Shown here: positions 9,878-18,941 of the stretch, piece after piece
Layout: each line of letters starts with the position of its first letter
Numbering within the stretch: the first letter of the stretch is position 1
NCBI GenBank assembly: GCA_900547465.1
Contig: URHJ01000002.1
Coordinates: forward strand, 12,280 to 76,279
DNA from: an uncultured Mycoplasmatota bacterium
GTDB taxonomy: Bacteria > Bacillota_I > Bacilli_A > RF39 > UBA660
DNA: 64,000 nt
Direction: 5' to 3'
The notes under the pieces: model-generated
Database searches by the model: none
What the model saw: only the letters and a program-made list of their open reading frames with translations
What the model was told of the DNA's origin: nothing
Position numbers and translations under genes: made by a program

Positions 9878-10669
9878 ATGAATTTTGATTGCTTAAATGA
9901 AATGATTAAATATATAGAAGATAATCTTGATTCGCAAATAGATTTTAATAAATTGAGTAAAATAACTAATATAAATCTATTTATTCTTGAACGTATTTTT
10001 ATGTTTTTAACCGATATGACAATTAATGAATATATAAAAAAGAGAAGGCTAAGTAAAGCTTTTGAAGAAATTAGAAATACTAACTGTAAAATAATTGATA
10101 TTGCATTTAAATACCAATATAATTCTGCTTCATCGTTTAATAGAGCATTCAAAAATCTATTTAATATGACACCTACTGAATGTAGAAAGAGTACATGTAA
10201 TTATAAGGTAATTCCTATAGAGTATTTTGAAAATAATCAAGAAAGATATGATTTTGATTATGAAATAAAAAAGGTTCCACATACCATTTTATATTGTTAT
10301 CATGTTACATCAGATACTCATTCTGATTTGTTATATAAAATTAAGCAATTATACATAAAAACCAAAAATAATGGTTATTATAAGAAGTTTAATGCTGCTG
10401 GAATGTATGGTATATTTTTTTATGATGGGGAATTATATCATTATTATTTAGGAACTTCTAAATGTTTCTCGGATTTAGAAAAATATGAAATCAAAGAAGA
10501 AAAATTTGCTGTATTTAAATTTTTATCAAGGCAACAAAAAGAAATAGTAAGATTTGAGGGGAAAATAAATTCACAATGGATACCATCAACAAACTATAAT
10601 GCTAAAACTGATTTAAAAGTTGAATTATATAAAGAAGGATATTGTTATATATATTTACCAATAGAATAA
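9878..10669 (+). CDS. AraC-family transcriptional regulator with a GyrI-like effector domain
   Basis: HTH: NEYIKKRRLSKAFEEI...IAFKYQYNSASSFNRAFKNLFNMTPTECRK. The ATG at 9878 follows RBS AGAGGTGGG. The ORF-track start at 9815 is probably an upstream extension. Confidence 0.8.
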   Translation: MNFDCLNEMIKYIEDNLDSQIDFNKLSKITNINLFILERIFMFLTDMTINEYIKKRRLSKAFEEIRNTNCKIIDIAFKYQYNSASSFNRAFKNLFNMTPTECRKSTCNYKVIPIEYFENNQERYDFDYEIKKVPHTILYCYHVTSDTHSDLLYKIKQLYIKTKNNGYYKKFNAAGMYGIFFYDGELYHYYLGTSKCFSDLEKYEIKEEKFAVFKFLSRQQKEIVRFEGKINSQWIPSTNYNAKTDLKVELYKEGYCYIYLPIE

Positions 10670-10745
10670 TAGTCTTAACAAATTTAATATTAAAATTGTA
10701 AAGAAATTTATCAGATATTAATCTACAATTATATCGGTGATATAT

Positions 10746-12464
10746 ATGATTAATAGAAATATTAAAATTGCAAAAGATTATTTTTCTTTGGTAAAATTTA
10801 AGGATAAGTATTTAATATCTTTCATAATAATTGATTTGATAAATGTTTTAATTAGTCTTTTGATTCCATTATTAATATCTTTTATTGTAGAAAGTGCTAC
10901 TAATAAATTGTATAATATGTCATTTATTTATGTTATCATGTTAGGAGTTGTCTTTCTAGTAAATAAAATGGGTTCTTATTGTGCTAATTGGTGTTATGCT
11001 AATTTTTTTAAAAATACTTATGTTTTTGTACATCAAAAATTAGTAGATAGTATTTATAATTTTGATGAAGAATATTCTAAGAAAATTTCAATTGGTAAAA
11101 TTATAAATTCATCTAATACAGATATTATTAATATTGCTGAAGTACCATCTTTTATGATTGAGTTATTTATAGAGTTAATTAGATTATTAGTTGTATATAT
11201 TGTATTTTTTAGGCAAAATATTTTGGTAGGATTGTATGTAATTTTTATAGATTGTACATATTATTTTTATGCTAAAAAATGTAATAATAAAAATACTCAC
11301 TATTTAAAGAAGCAGATTAAATATGCTGATAAAATGTCAGGAATGTTATCTCAAATTTTGATAGGTCTTAAAGATATTAAAAGTTTTGGCATTGGAAGAA
11401 AGTTAAATAATAAATTAGATGGATATAGAAAAAGATGGCAAGAAAACTATTTTCTTAAAAGAAAATATTATTTTACAAGAAAAACCTTGGTAAGTTTAAT
11501 AATTGATTTTGGGAAGATAGTCTTATATTCTATTATGCTAATTTTTCTTATTAAAGGTAAATTACAAATAGCTATGTTTTTACTACTAATTTCATATTAT
11601 GATAAGACAAAGGAATCGATAAATGACATAATGGAGTTTGACGTATCTATTATGGAAGAAGCTGTTTCATTATATAGGATAAATCAGATAATTAGTTATG
11701 GAACAAAATCTTTAAAGTTAGATGGTGTGATTCATAACGATGATATTTTTGGGCTTGTTGAATTTAATAATGTGTCTTTTAAGTATAATAAAGTGCCAAT
11801 ATTAAAAAATGTGTCTTTTGTTGTAAAACCAAATGAGTTAACAGCAATCGTCGGTAAAACAGGCTCTGGAAAAACTACAATATTTAATCTTCTTTTGAGA
11901 ATGTATAGGGTAGGAAAAGGGCAAATTTTAATAGATAAGTTAGATATTTATGATTATTCCAAAGATGTTTTTAATTCAAATATTAGCATAGTTAATCAAA
12001 AGACCTTTATATTTAATATGAGTATAAGAGCTAATTTATCATTAATTGATTCCAACAAGAAACGGCAAATTGATGCTTGCAAAAGGGTGGGTATTCATGA
12101 TTTTATAATGTCTTTGCCAGATGGGTATAGTACTATTTTGAAAGATGATGCTACTAATATGAGTGGTGGACAAAAACAATTATTGTCACTAGCTAGAGCA
12201 CTTCTTACTTCATCTGAAATAATACTTTTAGATGAAGTTACATCATCATTGGATCCACGTACAACTGATAAAATTATAAAACTTTTAGATGATTTAAAAA
12301 CTGATCATACAATTATTATCATTACTCATAATAAAGACTTGATGCGTAAAGCTGATAAACTTATTGTTTTGAATAATGGTAAAGTTGAATGTATTGGGAA
12401 GAATGATGATTTAATAAAAACAAATAATTTTTATAAACAACTAGTAATAAAAAATAGTGATTAA
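10746..12464 (+). CDS. ABC exporter, fused permease and ATPase (MsbA/multidrug type)
   Basis: Six N-terminal TM helices, Walker A GKTGSGKTT, signature MSGGQKQ, Walker B ILLDEVTSSLD and H-loop ITHN. Confidence 0.85.
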   Translation: MINRNIKIAKDYFSLVKFKDKYLISFIIIDLINVLISLLIPLLISFIVESATNKLYNMSFIYVIMLGVVFLVNKMGSYCANWCYANFFKNTYVFVHQKLVDSIYNFDEEYSKKISIGKIINSSNTDIINIAEVPSFMIELFIELIRLLVVYIVFFRQNILVGLYVIFIDCTYYFYAKKCNNKNTHYLKKQIKYADKMSGMLSQILIGLKDIKSFGIGRKLNNKLDGYRKRWQENYFLKRKYYFTRKTLVSLIIDFGKIVLYSIMLIFLIKGKLQIAMFLLLISYYDKTKESINDIMEFDVSIMEEAVSLYRINQIISYGTKSLKLDGVIHNDDIFGLVEFNNVSFKYNKVPILKNVSFVVKPNELTAIVGKTGSGKTTIFNLLLRMYRVGKGQILIDKLDIYDYSKDVFNSNISIVNQKTFIFNMSIRANLSLIDSNKKRQIDACKRVGIHDFIMSLPDGYSTILKDDATNMSGGQKQLLSLARALLTSSEIILLDEVTSSLDPRTTDKIIKLLDDLKTDHTIIIITHNKDLMRKADKLIVLNNGKVECIGKNDDLIKTNNFYKQLVIKNSD

Positions 12465-12696
12465 TTGGTGAAGTGTTGGTTAAAATTAATATGAAATGAA
12501 ATTTTTTATTTTTCGTATTTATTGCCTTTTTTATAATACAGAGCATTATAAAAAATAAGAATATTTAATTAATTGATAACAAACAAAGATAAGCTTTATT
12601 TGTATTACTTATTATAATCAGACTTAATTCCGTTATTTTATTAAAACGGACTTCCAAATGAAAACTCACGATTGAATAAAAAACATATAAAAACTA

Positions 12697-12725
12697 TTGC
12701 ACAATCAAAAAAAGTATGCTATTAT
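12697..12725 (+). promoter_or_regulatory. Candidate promoter of the tRNA pair
   Basis: TTGCAC, 17 nt spacer, TATTAT, ending about 11 nt before the first tRNA. Confidence 0.45.
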
Positions 12726-12736
12726 TAAATAGCAAT

Positions 12737-12813
12737 GGACCCTTAGCTCAGTTGGTTAGAGCATCCGGCTCATAACCGGGCGGTCACTGGTTCGAGTCCA
12801 GTAGGGTCCACCA
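12737..12813 (+). tRNA. tRNA with a CAU anticodon (elongator Met or lysidine-modified Ile2), encoded CCA
   Basis: Cloverleaf: acceptor GGACCCT/AGGGTCC, anticodon loop CTCATAA, T-loop GGTTCGAGTCC. G1-C72 is paired, so it is not an initiator. Confidence 0.9.
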
Positions 12814-12819
12814 TCTAAT

Positions 12820-12904
12820 GCGGGTATGGCGGAATTGGCAGACGCGCTAGACTTAGGATCTAGTGCCGCAAGGCTTGCAGGTTCAACTCCTGTTACCCGC
12901 ACCA
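12820..12904 (+). tRNA. tRNA-Leu (UAG), class II long variable arm, encoded CCA
   Basis: Acceptor GCGGGTA/TACCCGC, anticodon stem CTAGA/TCTAG with loop CTTAGGA, T-loop GGTTCAACTCC. Confidence 0.9.
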
Positions 12905-12943
12905 CTAGTTAATTATTCGATTTGTTCGAATTTTAAATATACT

Positions 12944-12970
12944 TCAGTCAGAGATATGACTGATTTTTTT
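12944..12970 (+). terminator. Rho-independent terminator after the tRNAs
   Basis: tcagtca-gagatat-gactga followed by T7. Confidence 0.6.
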
Positions 12971-13064
12971 ATTAATAAATATTATTGGTGGAATAGATGA
13001 ATAATTAAATTATTGGGTAATTAATATAGGTACTTATTCATAGATTTTATAGAGGAGGAATTTT

Positions 13065-13676
13065 ATGTATGAATTAGCGCCTTTACCGTATTTGTATCAA
13101 GACTTAGAGCCATATATTGATACACATACTATGGGACTTCATTATTTAAAACATCAAAAAAATTATCTTGATAAATTGAATTCTTTGTTGAGGAAAAATC
13201 ATTATGATTATAGATATAAAATAGAAGAGATTTTATATCATATTCAGGAATTTCCTAGACAAGATCAGGCTGATATTTTATTTAATTTAGGTGGAGTTAT
13301 TAATCATGATCTTTATTGGAAGAGTATTTCATCACCAAAAAATGTTAGAAAATCAAATAAGTTAACAGAAGCAATTAATCAACAATTTGGTGGTTTAGCT
13401 AACTTTTTTGAAGAATTTAAGAAAAAAGCTTTAGAGTTAAAGGGTTCAGGTTATACTTTTTTGGTTATGAAAAATAATGGTCAGTTAGATATAGTTAATA
13501 TGCCTAATCAAGAAACTCCCTTAATGTATGGGATGATACCTCTTTTTGTGATAGATTTATGGGAACATGCATATTATCTAAATTATAAAAATAATAAATC
13601 AGAGTATATTGATAATTTTATAGAAATTGCTGATTTATCTAACGCAAATAATATTTATAATAATATAGTTAAATAG
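13065..13676 (+). CDS. sodA: Fe/Mn superoxide dismutase
   Basis: MYELAPLPYLYQDLEPYIDTHTMGLHY.KH, NHDLYW and DLWEHAYYLNYKN (the metal ligands are present). Confidence 0.9.
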   Translation: MYELAPLPYLYQDLEPYIDTHTMGLHYLKHQKNYLDKLNSLLRKNHYDYRYKIEEILYHIQEFPRQDQADILFNLGGVINHDLYWKSISSPKNVRKSNKLTEAINQQFGGLANFFEEFKKKALELKGSGYTFLVMKNNGQLDIVNMPNQETPLMYGMIPLFVIDLWEHAYYLNYKNNKSEYIDNFIEIADLSNANNIYNNIVK

Positions 13677-13681
13677 TTTTT

Positions 13682-13710
13682 AAAATATCTTTATTTTGAA
13701 GATATTTTTA
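13682..13710 (+). terminator. Rho-independent terminator after sodA
   Basis: Perfect 10-bp stem aaaatatctt/aagatatttt. Confidence 0.6.
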
Positions 13711-13774
13711 TATTATATAAGTTTTTAAAGAGAATCTATAAAAATATGCTATAATATTAGTAGGAAGTGAGTTT

Positions 13775-15763
13775 ATGAGATTAATTAAAAATAATGATAA
13801 TCCAATTAATGAGGAAAAAATTATTAATCAAATAAGGGCTCTAGGTCTAGATATGATTAGTGAAGCGAATAGTGGTCACCCTGGAATTGTTTTAGGTGCG
13901 GCTCCTATTATTTATACTTTATATGCTAGACATTTGAGAGTTTGTCCGGATAAGCCTGATTTTTTTAATAGAGATCGTTTTATTATGTCTGCTGGGCATG
14001 GTTCAGCTTTACTTTATGCAACACTTTTTATGGCTGGTTATGATTTAGAGTTAGATGATTTGAAAAAGTTTAGACAAATTAATTCAAAGACACCTGGACA
14101 TCCTGAATATAAAACTACACCTGGAGTTGATATGACAACAGGACCTTTAGGGCAAGGAATTGCAACAGCAGTTGGTTTTGCATTAGCGGAAGCAAGACTT
14201 AGGGAGAAATTTAATAAATATCAAAAAGATTTAATAGATTTTAATACTTATGTGCTATGTGGAGATGGTGATTTAGAAGAGGGAGTTAGTTATGAAGCAA
14301 TGTCTTTAGCTGGAACTCTTAAACTAAATAAATTGATTGTTTTATATGATTCGAATAATGTTTCACTTGATGGAGATGTTTCTCTTTCTTTTAATGAAAA
14401 TATAGAAATGCGTATGAATTCTATGGGTTGGAATTATATAAAGGTTACAGAAGATGATGAATTATCTATTTCTAAAGCTATTGAAGATGCTAAAAAGAGT
14501 AGTGATAAACCAACTCTTATTGAAGTAAAAACTACAATTGGTAAGTACTCGAAATTAGAGGGAACTAATAAAGTACATGGTGGTGTTTTATCCAAGGAAG
14601 ATGTTAGTCAAATCAAAGAAAAAATAAAACTTAGAGATATTGAGTTTAATGTATCTAGTGATACAGTAGAAGACTTTCAACAATTAATCTTTGATAGAGC
14701 TAGTACAGTATTAGATAAATTTAATAAAAAATATGAGGCTTTGAGTGATGAGGTAAAAGCTGAATTAGACTTTTTTATGGGAGATGTTAAAGAAATAGAT
14801 TTAAAAAATCTTACTTATGAAGCTCCTGATGATAATAAAGAAGCTTTAAGAGATACTTCTTCAAAAATTTTAAATTCAATTGTTAAAGATAATCCTTTTA
14901 TGGTTGGTGGAAGTGCTGATTTATTTGGTGCAGTAAAAACGTATATTAATGATGGTGGAGACTTAAGTTATAAAAATTATTCTGGTCAAAATATTTATTT
15001 TGGTATACGTGAACATGCGATGGGAGCCATCTTAAACGGTTTAGCTTTGTGTGGTTATAGAGTTTATGGTTCTACATTCTTAAGTTTTTCTAATTATATG
15101 ATGCCTGCGATTAGAATGAGTGCTATGTTAAATTTACCAATTACTTATATATTTACACATGATTCAATAAGTCTTGGGGAAGATGGTGCTACTCATCAAC
15201 CTGTTGAACAATTGGCGTTTTTCAGAACAATGCCTAATGTTACTGTTTATAGACCTTGTGATGCTAATGAAGTTATAGGTGTTTATAAAACAATAATGAA
15301 AGAAAATAATGGTGTTTCAATTATTTCTTTATCAAAGACAGTTTTACCAATTCTTGAGACAACAAAGGCTACTGATGTTTCTAGGGGAGCTTATGTTGTT
15401 AGAGAGGAAAGAAGAAAATTAGATGGTATTTTAATTTCAACTGGTGAAGAAGTTCATTCAGCAATAGAAGTTGCTGAACGTCTTGAAACTAAGGGATTTG
15501 ATATTCGTGTAGTTAGTATGCCTTGTATTGAAAGATTCTTAGAAAATGATTCAGAGTATATTGATGAAGTTTTACCGGTTGGAAAGAAGAAAATAGTAAT
15601 TGAGGCAGCAAGTTCAATCTCATGGAATAGAATTGTTTTTAATCCTAAATATTTAATTACTCTAGATCAATATGGAGCTAGTGGTAAGAGAGATGATGTA
15701 TTAGAAAAATTTGGTTTTGATGTTGACTCATTGGAAGCAAAAGTAGAAGAATTACTTAAATAA
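13775..15763 (+). CDS. tkt: Transketolase
   Basis: SGHPG, the ThDP motif GDGDLEEG...NN, and HQPVEQL. Confidence 0.95.
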   Translation: MRLIKNNDNPINEEKIINQIRALGLDMISEANSGHPGIVLGAAPIIYTLYARHLRVCPDKPDFFNRDRFIMSAGHGSALLYATLFMAGYDLELDDLKKFRQINSKTPGHPEYKTTPGVDMTTGPLGQGIATAVGFALAEARLREKFNKYQKDLIDFNTYVLCGDGDLEEGVSYEAMSLAGTLKLNKLIVLYDSNNVSLDGDVSLSFNENIEMRMNSMGWNYIKVTEDDELSISKAIEDAKKSSDKPTLIEVKTTIGKYSKLEGTNKVHGGVLSKEDVSQIKEKIKLRDIEFNVSSDTVEDFQQLIFDRASTVLDKFNKKYEALSDEVKAELDFFMGDVKEIDLKNLTYEAPDDNKEALRDTSSKILNSIVKDNPFMVGGSADLFGAVKTYINDGGDLSYKNYSGQNIYFGIREHAMGAILNGLALCGYRVYGSTFLSFSNYMMPAIRMSAMLNLPITYIFTHDSISLGEDGATHQPVEQLAFFRTMPNVTVYRPCDANEVIGVYKTIMKENNGVSIISLSKTVLPILETTKATDVSRGAYVVREERRKLDGILISTGEEVHSAIEVAERLETKGFDIRVVSMPCIERFLENDSEYIDEVLPVGKKKIVIEAASSISWNRIVFNPKYLITLDQYGASGKRDDVLEKFGFDVDSLEAKVEELLK

Positions 15764-15814
15764 AAATCGACAAAAATAGACTCTTTATTATGCTATATTA
15801 ATTATGGTGATAAT

Positions 15815-16240
15815 ATGAGAGTTTTTTATATATTTAATATTAGAGAAGAATTTAAATACTTATATCAGGATAGTCCTTCAATGTTATATAATATTTTAAA
15901 ACAAATTTATTATTTAGGACATGACGATATTTTATATGGACAAAACTTATTTAGACAATTAACTAAAAGTCTACCAAAGGATGCAATCGATAGAGCTTTA
16001 TTTATAAAACTACATCAAGAGTTTCCTTATAGTAAACGAGGTGATAATCATATTATAAATAATTTATATACTAATGAGATAAGTAAGTTGGTTGTTAAAA
16101 ATGCTTATATGAAAATAAAAACTGAAAAAAATACATCATCATTTTTTTCTTATCTTTCTGAATTTAGTGATTCATTATTTGTTTGTGATTTTGAATATAG
16201 TGATTTTTTCTTTTTAGAAAAGACAAAAACGCTTGTTTAA
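15815..16240 (+). CDS. SirA/YneE-like protein (sporulation inhibitor of replication family, DUF2522), tentative
   Basis: It sits between tkt and yneF exactly as in B. subtilis (tkt-sirA-yneF) and has similar size. The N-terminus Y.F.I.EEFKYLY and the C-terminal F.C.DFEYSDF resemble SirA by eye. Confidence 0.5.
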   Translation: MRVFYIFNIREEFKYLYQDSPSMLYNILKQIYYLGHDDILYGQNLFRQLTKSLPKDAIDRALFIKLHQEFPYSKRGDNHIINNLYTNEISKLVVKNAYMKIKTEKNTSSFFSYLSEFSDSLFVCDFEYSDFFFLEKTKTLV

Positions 16241-16283
16241 TTTCATAAACTCTAGTAAAATACATATGTAGGGAGATGAAATA

Positions 16284-16493
16284 ATGTTACACGATTTATT
16301 ATTAGTATTTATTGGATTAATAATTGGATTAGTAATTGGTTTTTTTGCCGCTAGATATATGATTAAGAAATATATGAAGAAAAATCCTCCTATTAATGAG
16401 GAAATGATAAAAGGATTAATGATGCAAATGGGAAGAAAACCTAACCAAAAACAAATTAATCAAATGATGAAAAATATGCAAAAGTATATGTAA
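16284..16493 (+). CDS. yneF: UPF0154 family small membrane protein (YneF)
   Basis: A 69-aa protein with an N-terminal TM helix, then [40 protein letters not shown], the typical YneF sequence. Confidence 0.8.
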   Translation: MLHDLLLVFIGLIIGLVIGFFAARYMIKKYMKKNPPINEEMIKGLMMQMGRKPNQKQINQMMKNMQKYM

Positions 16494-16640
16494 AAATATG
16501 AGGCACTGGTTGGTGTCTTTTTTTTGTTTTTATTTAATTTATGTTTAAGTTTACCACTACAAAATGAGACTTTAAGTATTGAATTTACACTTTTAACTTT
16601 AAGTTATGATATAATAGTGATAGTAAATAGAGGTGATACT

Positions 16641-18401
16641 TTGAAAAACTTTAAAGAAAAATTAGCTCTGGTACCTACAAAGCCTGGTAGTTATCAAATG
16701 AAAAATAAAGATGGTGTGATTATCTATGTAGGAAAAGCTAAAAATTTACAAAGAAGATTACGTTCCTATTTTACTAGGACTGTAACTGGTAAAACTAGAA
16801 TGTTAGTAGAAGATATAGATGATTTTGAATATATTGTTACTTCATCTGAACTTGAATCATTAATTTTAGAGATAACATTAATTAAAAAATACGATCCTAA
16901 GTATAATATTTTATTAAAAGATGATAAATCATATCCATATATTGAATTAACTAAAGAGAAGTATCCTAGATTAAAAGTTGTTAGAAACGTAAAAAGAAAG
17001 AAGGATAAGAATTATTTATATGGTCCTTATCCTAATGTTTATGCAGCTAGAAAAACTGTAAATATGTTGAATAGATTATATCCACTTAGAAAGTGTGAAA
17101 CTTTAAAGAAAGATTTATGTCTTTATTATCATATTCATGAGTGTTTGGGGTATTGTTGTAAAAAGATTGATCCTATTAAGATAGAGGAAATGACTAAAGA
17201 AATAACTAGTTTTTTAAAGGGTGATGCTAAAGAAGTAATACAAAAAATTAAGAGGGAAATGACTGCTGCTAGTGAAAATTTAAATTATGAAAAAGCTAAA
17301 GAATTAAAAGAAATGTTAGATGATATTAATATTACTTTAAATAAACAGAAAATAGATTTGAATAATAATTATAATTTTGATTTAGTTAATTATTATAAAG
17401 ATAAGAATTATTTATCTATTCAAATATTTTTTGTGAGAGAGGGATTATTAGTAGGTCGTCATGAAGAAATTGTAAATACTTTGGAAGATGAAGAAGAGAT
17501 AATTGAATATATAATTAAATTCTATGAAAAGACTGGGATGCTTCCTAAAGAACTATTAGTGCCAGGTAGTGTTGATGCTACACTATTGAGTAATTATTTA
17601 AATATTAAAGTTTCTACTCCACAAAGGGGTAAGCTTTATTCACTTATGAGGCTTGCTTATGAAAATGCGATTGAAAAATTAAATGCAGAAGAAGAAACAC
17701 TGAAAAAAGATGATAAGTTAAGACAAGATGCATTAGATGAGTTAAAAGAACTACTTAAATTAGATTCTGTATCTCGTATGGAATCGTTTGATAACTCGCA
17801 TTTATTTGGGACTTTTTATGTTGGTGGTATGGTTGTTTTTGAAGATTTTTTGCCACTCAAGGATGAATATAGAAAATATAAATTAGCAGTAGATGTTAAA
17901 GATGATTTATCGGCTATGAGAGAGGTTTTATATAGAAGATATTATAAAGTATTGATGGAAAATTTACAAAAACCAGATTTAATTGTTTTAGATGGAGGTA
18001 AAACTCAGATTACAGTATGTAAAGAGATAATATCTTCACTTGGACTTAATATACCTATTATTGGTTTGGTAAAAAATAAGAGTCATAGAACCAATGAAAT
18101 AATGGATGAAAATTATCAAATTCTTCCTGTTAAAAAGAATAGTAATTTATTTTTATTTTTAACTAGAATTCAAGATGAAGTTCATAGATATGCAATTACA
18201 TATCATAGAAATATTAAAAGTAAAGGTGCTCTTTCTTCTCTTTTAGATGTTGTGCCTGGTATAGGTGAGGTAAAAAGAAAAGAATTGTTAAGAAAGTTTG
18301 GTTCATTAAAGAAAATGAAAGAGGCAAGTATATCAGAACTTGAAGAGGTTTTGAATCATGATGTTGCTGAAAATTTATTTTCGTATTTAAAAGAAATGTA
18401 G
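16641..18401 (+). CDS. uvrC: Excinuclease ABC subunit C
   Basis: GIY-YIG: PGSYQMKNKDGVIIYVGKAKNL; UVR domain; RNase H-like endonuclease; C-terminal (HhH)2. The TTG at 16641 follows RBS AGAGGTGA. The ORF-track start at 16524 runs through the promoter region. Confidence 0.9.
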   Translation: MKNFKEKLALVPTKPGSYQMKNKDGVIIYVGKAKNLQRRLRSYFTRTVTGKTRMLVEDIDDFEYIVTSSELESLILEITLIKKYDPKYNILLKDDKSYPYIELTKEKYPRLKVVRNVKRKKDKNYLYGPYPNVYAARKTVNMLNRLYPLRKCETLKKDLCLYYHIHECLGYCCKKIDPIKIEEMTKEITSFLKGDAKEVIQKIKREMTAASENLNYEKAKELKEMLDDINITLNKQKIDLNNNYNFDLVNYYKDKNYLSIQIFFVREGLLVGRHEEIVNTLEDEEEIIEYIIKFYEKTGMLPKELLVPGSVDATLLSNYLNIKVSTPQRGKLYSLMRLAYENAIEKLNAEEETLKKDDKLRQDALDELKELLKLDSVSRMESFDNSHLFGTFYVGGMVVFEDFLPLKDEYRKYKLAVDVKDDLSAMREVLYRRYYKVLMENLQKPDLIVLDGGKTQITVCKEIISSLGLNIPIIGLVKNKSHRTNEIMDENYQILPVKKNSNLFLFLTRIQDEVHRYAITYHRNIKSKGALSSLLDVVPGIGEVKRKELLRKFGSLKKMKEASISELEEVLNHDVAENLFSYLKEM

Positions 18402-18424
18402 TATACTAAAGATAGGTGATTATA

Positions 18425-18937
18425 ATGAAAAATAATAAAGGCTTTACATTAATTGAAATGTTAGGAACTGTTGTAATATTAGGAATAATAGGTACAATTG
18501 CAGTCACTGCTGTAACAAAATATTTAGTTAGTTCTAGAAAAGAAGCCTATAAAATGTTGCAAGATGCTTTATATGAAGCTGTTAGTAATTGTGCATCAGA
18601 AAGTAATTGTATTTTATCTAATGATACAACTATGACAGTTTCAGACTTAAAGAATAAGGGGTATTTAGATTCTTTTAAAAACCCTAAAAATAGTTCTAAA
18701 GAATGTGATGGTAGTGTAGTAGTTAAAATTGTGGAATCTTCTGGATCTGGAAAGATTAAAAATTATAGTTCTTCAAATTGTAGCGATGGTCCTAATTGCA
18801 TAAATGGAAATTCTAAAGTGGAAGTTGATGAAGCTAATACTAAATACTTTTATAAAGTAATTGTTAATTGTGATGGATTTGATAGTACTCCAAGATACTA
18901 TCCTAATGGTACTACAGAAGAGGAATGGAGTAAGTAA
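18425..18937 (+). CDS. Type IV pilin / ComGC-like prepilin, Cys-rich globular domain
   Basis: Class III signal MKNNKG-FTLIEMLGTVVILGIIGTIAVTAV (G-1, F+1, E+5). The RBS AGGTGA lies 6 nt upstream of the ATG at 18425. Confidence 0.8.
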   Translation: MKNNKGFTLIEMLGTVVILGIIGTIAVTAVTKYLVSSRKEAYKMLQDALYEAVSNCASESNCILSNDTTMTVSDLKNKGYLDSFKNPKNSSKECDGSVVVKIVESSGSGKIKNYSSSNCSDGPNCINGNSKVEVDEANTKYFYKVIVNCDGFDSTPRYYPNGTTEEEWSK

Positions 18938-18941
18938 TATT

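Noticed and set aside
9742-10152. 136-aa minus-strand ORF opposite the AraC-family gene
   Set aside because: It is antisense to a gene with a clear HTH signature. Its composition is a codon-bias artefact (I/L/S/N-rich).
12361-12546. 61-aa minus-strand ORF at the ABC exporter 3' end
   Set aside because: It overlaps a strongly supported CDS in antisense and shows no start context.
12465-13064. tRNA pair flanks considered as an integration hotspot for a genomic island
   Set aside because: I found no integrase or recombinase, no duplicated tRNA 3' end, and the neighbouring genes (ABC exporter, sodA, tkt) look chromosomal.
13065-13676. SodA N-terminal motif reads LHYLKHQ instead of the usual HH.KHH
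   Set aside because: The metal-ligand His and the other ligands (NHDLYW, DLWEHAYY) are retained, so this looks like ordinary family variation rather than inactivation.
16524-16640. N-terminal 39-codon extension of uvrC in the ORF track
   Set aside because: The extension runs through the terminator T-run and a TGaTATAAT promoter-like element. UvrC homology (GIY-YIG) begins right after the TTG at 16641, which has a good RBS.
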